From positions 1 to 64,000 of the forward strand of contig KZ538155.1 of the NCBI GenBank assembly GCA_000934665.2: a DNA stretch of 64,000 nt, in the 5' to 3' direction. Below, one piece after another: positions 53,708 to 64,000 of the stretch; within the stretch, counting starts at the first letter, position 1; every line of letters begins with the position of its first letter. The notes under the pieces are model-generated. The model was not told where the DNA came from. It saw only the letters and a list, made by a program, of their open reading frames with translations, and ran no database searches. The position numbers were made by a program, and so were the translations under genes. This stretch comes from Catajapyx aquilonaris (lineage: Eukaryota).

Positions 53708-56700
53708 GTAGGCGCCATTGTCAGCCGGGCCTAATTACCGAAACCTTCCAATCAACTGGTACCCTCAGTGTTGCCAAGAAGTAACGGTGGCATCTGCCAA
53801 AATGAAATACAAGTGTTTATTAGCATGCCCGCCATTTTGGATATCATTTCGCCATTTTGTGCACCTGCTGCTGGATAAGCGATGTGAATATAATGGCTTT
53901 GCATCGTGGGAAAACGGTTATTGGGTTTTTTTTTGCCGTACTGGCGACCCGGAGAGGAATTGGTGGGCCATATCCCTGGATTTACGTCACGCTGAGGATC
54001 GATCAGGTGTGCTGTGTGTACGTGTGGGTAATCTCCGGAGGCACGAACTTAGGATGGGGGAGTCCGGACTCTGCGGTTCCTTTTCAAGCCTCTTGTGTGC
54101 CTCCGGGTTGGCCCCAATTGATTGGGAAGTCACGTAAGGAGCTACAGTATGATGGCCGATTGAAGCTGCCTTGGAAAGCTCGGTCCTTTGCAAAACCTCC
54201 CCCCACTGTAAGGCTGGATGGGGAGGGGATTAACATTGTGGAAACCAGTGCCGCACTGAATCAGAGCAAATGGCTTGCCGGCTTGCTAACCGGAACCAGC
54301 GTGTGTTTAGCAGCTCCCGAACCTCGAATGCTAATCTCATTTTCCAGGGAAGCTTTTAGCTGCACGGAGGATGCTGGAGATCCAACTTTTCAGATTTTGG
54401 GCCGTAAAATCTTAATCTCAAGTGTGCCTGGATCGTCAAGATCTATTTATGAGGTGCGTAATTCATTTTTGGCGGCAAAATGAGCTACAGTTTAATATAC
54501 GGTATAGTATATAGGTGGCTGCTATAGTTAATGAAGCAACACAGGTGCAGCATAGGAAGCCAATCAGTTGTAACCAACACAAAAGCAATCAAGGTATAGA
54601 ATTGAAGTTTCTCTTGTTTCAGTTCTTCGTGTGAACCTGAAGAGGAAAAAAAAAAAAAAAGTGCTGAGAAGCGGTCTTGGTAGGAGTAATTTTTTTTCAT
54701 CCGTAATTACTCGTCCGAGAAATATAGCGTCACTCCACTTCCAGTTTTCTGTCTAGATTACTTCTGTGAAATCTTTAGACGTAAATCTTAGTTGTTGGGT
54801 GGCAAAAGGCAAAGTATGCAGTACCAGTAACTGGTTAGAAAATTTTGCTGCTCTTGCGAAATGAGAGTAAAGTTTTGAATTAACTTTAGATATGTTATCA
54901 TTAGTGTCTGAGTCACTTGTGCGAAGTTACCGCAATATTTGCAAAAAGATGATTGCGGTATAGTGCAAAAATTCATTCCCGTACATATATGGTTCCATAT
55001 ACGAGCGGTATTTCCCTTAGGCACTTTTTTTTTTTGCTTCATTCCTCGCGACCAAACACGAATTTCTCAGCATGACTGCTGTTTAATGCTGCACTTTAGA
55101 TGTGTGACATCATGTTTTGTACAGCCGTTTTAATGCAATTTTTATTTAACCGCGGCAAAAATACTTCCTCCATACTATACAGTACAACTTGCGTCACATA
55201 TACTGTATAGCTGGCTCTTTCGTGCAGACGAAAATTTTCAGCACATTTACCGGCCATTTATATTGCTACATTCATACATGTAATTAATGATCACTTGCGA
55301 TAAAACTCGGCGTAATGACCAACCCAAAATGCAGGGTACTTGCTGCAAGACTCATAATGATCCGATGAATCCTGTTTTGACATTAACGCATATCCCCGAG
55401 GCCACCATACTATGCGGTAAATTCTGCGGCATAATGTCAACCTGAAAGGCATCAACTGTGCAAATACTGCCTTGTGCGATTACAGTCAACAACTCTATAC
55501 GTTGATGACTGCGTGAAGCGGTGACATCAGCGGCATAAAATTTGCAGGAAATATTCAAAATTCCTCTATCCCCAGCGAGAGTATTTGGGCAGCGAATTTG
55601 CAAATCGTCCAGACATTTAAATGTCGTCTGCGCCAGAAGGAATATTTTTGCAAGGACCTCCAGCATCTCGTCTCGGACTTTCCGTGTTCACCTCTTCCCG
55701 CCTAAAAATCTAGGATTCTACTTTCGTTTCACGGCACGAATGTGCCTGTAAAAGCTGAGGTGAAGAGGAGGAAAACTAGTCTATTTGGCAGGACCTGTCT
55801 GCGCTGCAGAGACGAGCTATTTTGGAACCTTTTTTTCCCCCCCTCTGCCATTTTGAATGTAATGTCCACATTACAAGCTCGGACAAAAATTCGGCGAAAA
55901 AATATCCGACTTTAGTTGAACAACTATATGGTCAATTTGGATGGAAGTTTGGATCATTTCCTTTTTAGTGGTTTGCAAAAAAAAAAAAAAAAACATTATT
56001 TTTCGACCACCGTTATAAGCCCTGCCTGAAGCAGTTTGTGCAGAATCCAGGTTCGCAAATGCTGGCCGCCCTAGTATCACGTATTCGTGCACCTGTTTTC
56101 CTGCCTGCCCTCCAGCTGTGCCCTTCACGAACACACCTGGTTTTTGTACACTTCTGGATTCGCCATCTCCCAGCTCACCGATAATTTTAGATGGCAAAAG
56201 TTTTCGCATTATGGGGCCTTAGCTGGACTGAACTGAGTTCTCTAAACCCTTCAGGCATTAGCAGTGCTCCCAACCGGAATTTCCACCGAATATATACTAT
56301 AGGATGGCGCCCAAATTGGCACATTTCTGTTGGTTACAATGCGCATTGAAAACAAAGAGCGGAAAGCTCACCTGGTGTTGCATCCGGAATGTGGGGAAAA
56401 AAAGTGCATCCCCCTGATGGAATTGCCAACAATGCCTCGGGAGCGGGCGAAAACTCCTGGTTGGGTTGTCATCCGGGGCGTCGTCGCAGGGATTATATCC
56501 ACACTGCAACAAGAAAGAGAAGTTCTTCCCGTGAGATTTGCCTCCCAAGTTTTGCCCGAATTTGCAGGCCTATTCCTTCGAGGACGGGCCTCTTCAGAGC
56601 CGGTGCAACCTTTATACCGTGTGACCTGCACAGGGACACGACGATTGGAGATGCAATATTTCTGTCGGTTGAAATTTTTTTTCGGGGAGGATCCCAAAGC

Positions 56701-59700
56701 CTGGTGGGAAATCATCTGACGAAGGTACACATGGATTTGCACTTAATGAATGCCGTATACGATGTACGCCCCTGCCCCTGGAATGATTTCCCCCTGGGCC
56801 AAAGAGGCAAATTGGCCATCGATGCGCTGATGCATGCCATGGAAAGATGATGCGAATATATTTTATTGCAATTATCTTCTGATCGGTATGCCCACATGGC
56901 ACGTACTGTAGTATGTATACTGTATTGTGAGCGTCCTGGTTATATATAGATTATGGAGCGGAAGTGTGGACAAATTTTCTTTCGTCCTATATCTGACCGG
57001 ATTTCGAGATGCAACATAGCGTGCGAGCTATTCCTAAGTAGTCGTAGAAAAACGGATTACGTTATAGAGTGTGCGCTGAAGTTTGCAATCTGTTTTTTTT
57101 TTTTTTTTAACCCCCTGGACTTTTGTTACATCGGTTGAACTGGCCGAGTAAATGACCTCTTCCTCAATGGCATGCTTCCAACCTTTGCATTCAATCTTCG
57201 TGTGGGTTGTTGAAGGTATATAACCAGAGTTCTTCAGTCGAATTGGATTCGGGTTTTTGCAGATATGCACTCTCATAGTTACGGGGCAGTGCACCCGTTT
57301 CAAGTGAAGCGCTTATTGAACGCATTGTTAGAAATCCCGTCGAGAATTGCTTCAGGTTACGGTTAAGTTGAGCCTGGGAAGGCCAAGCGTAATAAAGGAA
57401 TCAACACGTTGTCTGCTTTATATAATGGGGGAGGGCTTAGCAATTTGGCAACACGGGAGGAAACAGAGTGGTAAGGTTGATGTCCTCTTGAGGAAATAGG
57501 CCGGCACCGGAGCTTGCTGCGATTATAATGCTGGCATTAATGAAAGGATTAGGTTCTAGGGGAGTGCAGAATAGACTCCAGCAGTCTTTTCTGGTCCTTT
57601 TTTAAAAGAGGAAAACCACCAACGTACAAAGTTGTCATCGATTTCTACCCCCCTCCTCTCGTTTTACGCAAACAGACCTATACTGTTACAGACTCTCCTT
57701 GTTATATACTCGATTTGGAAGCTGAAATATGCACCGAATTTGCATCACAATGCGGACCAAGGTCTACCGTCTCCGAGTCTGCACTTTGTCAAATTAGTCG
57801 CACTTAAAGCATATCCCCCCCCCCCCCTTTTTTTAAATTACGGGTCGTCTCCGTCTTGTGACCATTTTCTGTCGAAAAGTTTGAGTAATGGTCCGTCCTC
57901 GCCTCTTTCGGCAAGTGAAGCTCGAGCCCCTTTCTTTTCCCTGGATAGTAATTGGATTAGCTTCTAATTGGTTCCTTTGGGCAATTACTTGCCGGGTATG
58001 ACTAATAATACGTCGTATACGACCTACCCCATCGGCTTGGAAAATGAAGTGCACCTAATTGGGGTTACTTCACTGCCACGGTTACCAGGTCAAGTAACCA
58101 TCTGACGAATAATACGTAATAAAAATAATAATGTTTTAGTTGGAAATTTTGCTCCTACATCGCAATGACTCGTAATTCGGAGTCGGGAATTATGACGTGC
58201 CAGGCATAATCTAATTGTTGCTACAACACCAGGGGCGCCCATTTTTCTTAGGAGATTGCGACTCCACAATGGGGTATGCAAAATAGGGTTGACTGAAGAG
58301 GCCCACGCACACTGGATAAAAAAAAAGTTTGTGCAACTTTTGCACAAAAGAGGCGAGATCAGAATCAAGAAGCGGGTTTTCTGATTTGTTCCTATTCAGC
58401 GCTTGCCAGTTAGTTAGCGAGCTTTCACGTCCAGTCCTTGGTATAGTTTTGACCTATTTTTTTGTTAGCAAAAAGAGAGCCAAAGCGCCTACCGTTAGTA
58501 GGTGTCAGATGCAGAGATATGTCTGGCTTGAAATGAGCCCCCAGCCGGCCGTTTCCACGTCTTTTTATGGCAGGAGAGGGTGACCCGACCTCCGGAATAA
58601 TCTGCAACGTGGAAATTGCGAAAGGTGCGATTTATTCCCGGCTCGGACTTAGCAGAAGGACCTTATCAGATCTCCTCGCTGTCACTTGAAAAAGCCAGGT
58701 CCTTTCAAGGGACACATCCTTTCCAGCAGCCAGAGGAAGAAGAAAAAGATATTGACCCAAAGCCTATCGAGACCTGATCGATGTGCGTGACTTGTACCCA
58801 CCGGGGGGAAAAAAATAATCGCCAATTCTATTGTACATTTTCCTTGTAAAGTACATCACCCAAGTGGGTGGAGGTCATGTCGACACGCTTTCCAGTTTGT
58901 TAACCAAGCATGATGCGAAAACGCCCCCCACCTGATGAACGTCGTATACACAAAAAATAGTCCTGAGGGTATCGTAGTTTCCGGACCAATATTTGTTGCA
59001 AACTTTGGCAATAATGGTCTGCCCCAATATGAGTCACATCCCTGTGGGTCCTACCTATATTTTCCCACGTAACCGTAATTTATGACTCCCCATCAAGTGG
59101 CATTTAAATCCGACCAGCAATCTGGGCGAATGTACCGTATTTACCAGATCAAATCGCGATTATTCGCGCTGGTTTTCGCGGAGTTCTTCCGTTTTTTTTT
59201 CTTATGAGCTAATGTGTCCGATAATATAACAAAATTTTTGACCTGCATGGAGAGTTAAGTGTACTTACATGTAATGTCACGTAACACCTTTCGTCTGGTC
59301 CGGAACCACGTGCACAACACCGAGCTGCTTAGGCATGACCGACCCGTACGGCGGCTGAGCCTCCACTGAGAGAATGTGACGCTACGGACGCCACCGATGC
59401 CTTTTGGCGCCACGCTCGCATGCGTCCAACCTACCTCATTAAGACCAACTGGACTCCGTACATCCTCTTTTTAACATACTCTGATTCATAAGGTTTGAAA
59501 AGAACCCGTTTTGCGAATAATGACCAAAAAAAATAAATTGGCGAAATATCCGGGGGTGATGCAGATACGGGCTGCAGGGCCTTACTATCTCCTGGCTAGA
59601 TCTCCGTTTCGGTGCAGAAACACGAGGAGGTCCGCATAATCCGGGTACTTTCTGGAGCGAATTTTGGGGGGGAAGGGAGAACCCAGCGGAGTTTGGAAAT

Positions 59701-61931
59701 TATTCCGGATATTCACCGGATAATGCGGCATCACGCATATAGGAGGCGGTTTTGGGAGAGGAACGGGAGCCCGTTTTGATGAATGTGCTGGATAAGCTGG
59801 GTTTTAGAGACCGGATTGACAGGCCCTTGATGGTGTTTGTGTACCGTATCGGAGCAGCCAGTGCGGGGAAATCCACTTCTTACATGATAGTAAATCCGGG
59901 TTTAGGTCCGGTTGTATGCGGGCATATCTCAGAGATTTACCTCAAGTCCACTGCATAAGCACACAGGAGTGAAGATATTGATTGTTTACTCCAGCAACCA
60001 GCTTAAAGGCGAAACTACAATCGCATGAAATGGGTGCTGGGGGATAAACAACCCCCAAACTCTGCCCTTGGGTAGCGCAACACCGCATGCATAATGGGCT
60101 ATAATTTCAACACTCGAATGTTAAGTGTTTCGGTGTAATTGCTGCAACTTCATGTAAGTTTCAATACACTGTAGCAGTTTGACCTGCTCATGCAGACTGT
60201 TTGTGTACCGATCATGCAGTTGCATCCAACCGCAGTGTACAAATTTAAAACGGATTTAGCCAGCAGTACAGTGCGTCACTTGAATTTGCAAATATCCATC
60301 GGCACAGCCTGTAATTTGCACAGGTTTTGTTGTAACACTCGTGCATCAGTTGGAATCGCTTCTGTAATGACCAAAAGCTTTTTTTGTGTGTGTGTGTGTT
60401 ACAGTGCAACAAACACACTTTAAGCCCCAACAATAGCTCCCACATCCAGATGATGGATCGACTGAGGCAAAAATGCGAACAAATCGCGGAGTGCCAGACG
60501 GGTCCTTTAGATCCATTTATCACTCACAGGTTTTACTGTCCGAAAAGCCCGAACTGTGCCGAGGAGATTGTGCTGGAAAAAAAAAAAACCCCGTATGGCT
60601 TATATAAGAAAACGGTGTAAATTTCCGTCCCTGTTAAGTTGTGGGTGTAATTAACTATAACACCTGCTGGTGCCCTGCAATGTATGGGATTAATTAGAGC
60701 CGCTTGTTGTTTTGCGGGCAAGCCGGCAGCATCGTACATTTGCATAACTTGAGCTTGGTGCAGCTTCCTCTTTTTCGCGAATAATTGGCCAGTAATCTGA
60801 TCCGGCAGGGGGAAAAATATCGGCCAAATCAGTGTTGGCGGTGATCCCTCCGGATAATCCGGGCAGTGATGTGGGGCAGACCTGGGCTTGACTTGGACAC
60901 TGGATTTGATGCGCAAAGCTAGGAATTAATTAGCGTAATTGGCTCGCAAGTAGGCGGCAAAATTAGCTTATTTTTATCCGGCTGAAAAAAAGCAAGTACT
61001 GTACGCATGAAAAATAATTCCTGTATATTGTCATAAGCTCTTTTATAAATTAATAGTGTTATGACAACAGGCTTGGCCAATATTTGCACAGATAGTGACC
61101 GACCATGCGAATTAATTAACTCGAGGGCGTAATTAAATGCCGTGAGGAAGGCCCCCAAATTATTCCCCGGTGGGTCGATTTTCGCACCGTGGAGCACCGT
61201 AAGCCATCAGGGGCTTTGGTAAAGATGGATGGGAAATAAAGTGCTGAGGAGTGAAGGTGGGGGAAAAAAAAGAGGCACTTTACTTGCCTAGAATTCGTAT
61301 AAGGGCGAAATTCGCACTTTGTTTCGTACTTCCTTGTAAAAGAGTAAAGTTGGCCACTTGCAAGTTTCCTCTCCCGAGGCAGCAGTTGCCTTCCAATTTT
61401 GAATGGCTCCTGGGGCATTTCAACACCACGATGACTACGGAACCAGCCATTGTCATGAGTAGCACTTTACTAGCGCTCTCCACTCCCGTGCCGTGCCCTC
61501 TTCTCCCCAGGAAATGGGTTTAACTAGAGTTTCCAAGTTTCGAATTGCACAATAGTTAGGATTTATTTTTGGTTCATACCTAGTTTCTTTTTGCCGTAAT
61601 GTGTGCAGATAGCGCAAACGACTAATAAAACTGCGTGGTGAAGTGGTGTTTTATCAGGAGCGGCGGTTATATTTTCAGCGGTGAAAATTTGAGCTTGCAT
61701 GGGCTTGTTAGGAAGCGGAGATGGAGTTTTTTCAGGGTGGGGCAGGAGGCTGGAAGTAAAGCAAATATGAAGGGGTTAATCTGGTTGAGACGTTGCAGTG
61801 AAAAGTTTTCAGAGGCAAAGGCCTTACAGACCCTTGCCCTGAGCTGTGAGATGAAATTCATCAAGCGAATGAATCACATCCCTAGTAAGTACGTCACCCA
61901 TGAAATTCATATACGGTTGTTTCTTTGCTAG

Positions 61932-62030
61932 GAGGAACCGCCACCCATACCTTCGAGTCCTCCACCTGATTCAGAGGATGACACTGGAGTTGTCATGCTT
62001 CCCAAGGTTCTGAATGAGACCAAGATGCAG
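61932..62030 (+). CDS. Patj: Patj/MPDZ exon: proline-rich linker (not in the ORF track in this frame)
   Basis: Acceptor ttgtttctttgctAG, donor CAG|gtgagc; 99 nt, phase 0/0. Encodes EEPPPIPSSPPPDSEDDTGVVMLPKVLNETKMQ. Confidence 0.82.
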
Positions 62031-62186
62031 GTGAGCTTTTGATTTGACATGTTCACACCACATGTAGTTACACGTACAGCATTGTGTACGTATGTGAGCC
62101 TGTTAGCATACAAATGAATTGTTCCTATAGAGTAGCATGGAATGCTTAATTTGCTTTATTGTTTCTGATGAATTGGGGTTTTTCAG

Positions 62187-62388
62187 GTTGAATTGAGTCC
62201 ATTGATGGTGGCCACAGAGCGACTGATTCCACCCCAACCCATATCACCTCCGCGTCAGTCCACATCATCAGTGGAACCTGACGAGGAGGAAGATGAGGAC
62301 AGTGGGGCAAGTGGAACAGAAGTCATGCCACCTCTGCCGCTTGCCCTGGAACGCAACCTGAAGATCCAGAAAGGCGCAGAACAACTGG
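62187..62388 (+). CDS. Patj: Patj/MPDZ exon: linker and first strand of PDZ6
   Basis: Acceptor ggtttttcAG, donor CTGG|gtaggt; phase 0 in, 1 out. Encodes VELSPLMVATERLIPPQP...PLALERNLKIQKGAEQL(G). Confidence 0.88.
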
Positions 62389-62694
62389 GTAGGTCCCGAA
62401 AACTAATTATGCTAAATGAGAACTACATAGTACAGCACATGCAGGTCCAGTTTGTATAACAGGACTATGAGAAATTGCTGTGCTGGTACTAGAGAAACTT
62501 CAAAGGACTGTAGAAACTAGGCTTGTTTGTTGTAGGATTTTGTGTGCACAATTTCCGCAGGCAAATTAACCTTTGTGCACAAGTCATAGTTAATGAAATT
62601 GACAGTTACAAATTGGACTCACTTTGTTTGGACTTTACTTTGTGCAAATATGTGAATGGAAATTTGGATTGTCACTAATTTCTATGCATTTCAG

Positions 62695-62896
62695 GCATCA
62701 ATGTGGAGTCTGTGTCAAAGGGTGTGAATGGTGTAGTGGTGACTTCAGTGAGCAAAGGAGGGGCAGTCCACCAGGACGGGAGACTGCATGTGGGCGACTA
62801 CATCCTATCTCTCAATCATGAAAATATGCGTCGTATCAGCACTTCCCAAGCGAGGGCCATCCTCAGACGTACTCAGTTACTCAACAGTGATGTCAG
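62695..62896 (+). CDS. Patj: Patj/MPDZ exon: core of PDZ6
   Basis: Acceptor atgcatttcAG, donor CAG|gtaaga; phase 1 in, 2 out. Encodes (G)INVESVSKGVNGVVVTSVSKGGAVHQDGRLHVGDYILSLNHENMRRISTSQARAILRRTQLLNSDV(S), similar to the MUPP1 PDZ6 'AQARAMLRR' segment. Confidence 0.92.
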
Positions 62897-63560
62897 GTAA
62901 GAGAGGCATCAGGATCAAGTGGATTTTGGTATACTTGATATTCAAACCATGGCTCCAACTTTCCCGGAATAAAACATAAACAGAGATGTCGGGGATAGTG
63001 CCATGGCAAAGTTGAGATCCCTCTGATAGCGTGGCAAATTCTGCCCGTCCCTTTTTTGCGCGGCTCCCACTTAAGGCCCTCCAGCTTTCAGAAGCCGCCC
63101 TGAAAATCCGTCCTGATATTTGTCTCTGCCAACTAGGGACAAGAATTTCTCGTATCATTGGGAAAAAGAAGGAAAAGGAGATAAAAGGAGAGGGTTCCAG
63201 ATCAATATGACGGGCAAGGAGGGAAAAAAAAGTTAAATAAAAAAAGTGAAGGTACTGCCAAGGAGAGGGACATCAAACGGAGTTTCCTTTTTAAGTGGTC
63301 TCGTTCCTTTGGCAGGTAGGGCATAAAAAAAGGGTGGGGCGGTCGGATTGATCTGGAGAATTGCAAATTTTATTTTGACACAGGAGGCAGAGCAGGTCCT
63401 TTCATCACATGTTTTCTTGGCTACTTTTTATGCAGGGAGATGAGTCTACGCATTAATGGAATGGCATGGTTGCATTAGGCTTGGTTTAATAATTTAAATA
63501 TGACACAGATTGGACTTGGATGTGAATTAAACCGTGGTGATTGTGTTCCAACTGTTTCAG

Positions 63561-63671
63561 CATCACGTACATACCAGGCAGTGACGCTGCAGTGCATAGA
63601 GAATCAGTGCTCATTCAGCGTCGCAAGGATGAAGAATTTGACGATACCCTTCCCAAGCAACTTGTCTCCAG
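63561..63671 (+). CDS. Patj: Patj/MPDZ exon: last strand of PDZ6 and linker (not in the ORF track in this frame)
   Basis: Acceptor ttccaactgtttcAG, donor CAG|gtgagg; 111 nt, phase 2/2. Encodes (S)ITYIPGSDAAVHRESVLIQRRKDEEFDDTLPKQLVS, completing the PDZ6 'D-V-S-I-T-Y-I-P' strand. Confidence 0.85.
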
Positions 63672-63838
63672 GTGAGGAGGAATTCATGTCATATTCTTAG
63701 GGATTCCCATACACACGATCATTGTTCAGAATTTTCAGCTATATTATAAAGTGCATTTAATTGCAGTAACTTTTATCATTATTACTCAACTGCAGTGTAG
63801 TACATTGAAAATCACAAATTCAAATATCTGTCTTGCAG

Positions 63839-63855
63839 AGAGTATAACGATCATG
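63839..63855 (+). CDS. Possible 17-nt microexon of Patj/MPDZ
   Basis: Acceptor atctgtcttgcAG and donor ATG|gtgaga. Open in the incoming phase 2, giving (R)EYNDH(G). The next exon is outside the window, so the exit phase cannot be checked. Confidence 0.4.
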
Positions 63856-64000
63856 GTGAGATGTTCACACCTGCATGACACAGATAAGCAGATGATAAAC
63901 CCTTTTGTAAAATGGAGATCTCAGGCATAAGATGTTATTTTATCAGTATTAATTTCATTTGTGATTTTTCAAAGTGTGAAAGTACAAGCCAAGTAATATG

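Larger units (their letters stand above)
22087..63671 (+). other. Patj: Patj/MPDZ (MUPP1)-family multi-PDZ scaffold gene, partial (span of the coding exons found; 5' and 3' ends outside the window)
   Basis: Fourteen GT-AG exons join in frame. The peptide has six PDZ units ([42 protein letters not shown]). It also has segments I recognise from Drosophila Patj (GITIAGYVCEKEELSGIFVKSV, TDRLVKAKSDGSLA, KSRSLEPLTGLAMWSS, RSLVPGGVAQ-DGRLIPGDRL). Recognition is from memory, not from a database search. Confidence 0.95.

Noticed and set aside
53857..54483. 208-aa plus-strand ORF just after the 53612 exon
   Set aside because: Non-ATG start, no recognisable family, and not linked to the gene model by phase-compatible splice sites.

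Overview
This is eukaryotic (animal, most likely arthropod) genomic DNA, not a prokaryotic accessory region. Essentially the whole window lies inside one + strand, intron-rich gene of the Patj/MPDZ (MUPP1, InaD-like) multi-PDZ polarity-scaffold family. I reconstructed 14 phase-compatible GT-AG coding exons between 22087 and 63671, plus a possible 17-nt exon at 63839. They encode the second half of PDZ1, complete PDZ2-PDZ5, an acidic/proline-rich linker and PDZ6 (MUPP1 numbering). The 5' exons (L27 domain, start of PDZ1) were not found and presumably lie upstream; the gene continues past the window end. Most ORF-track entries are intronic noise. The most interesting signals concern splicing. 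(1) The PDZ5 exon is composite: it either splices on towards a long MUPP1-like protein or reads through to a stop, giving a short protein that ends where Drosophila Patj ends. (2) The following 15.6-kb intron holds a branchpoint-pyrimidine tract-TAG-G-GTAAGT site that looks like a 1-nt exon and exactly restores frame to an otherwise out-of-frame acceptor at 53553. (3) There is a 45-nt stop-containing candidate poison exon. (4) There are candidate antisense exons at about 50.8-52.3 kb. Also seen: CpG mosaicism, a V-SINE-like relic, a 41-bp tandem repeat and apparently enriched TACAGTA/TACTGTA Tc1/mariner-type footprints. All splicing models are inferred from sequence alone and need RNA evidence.
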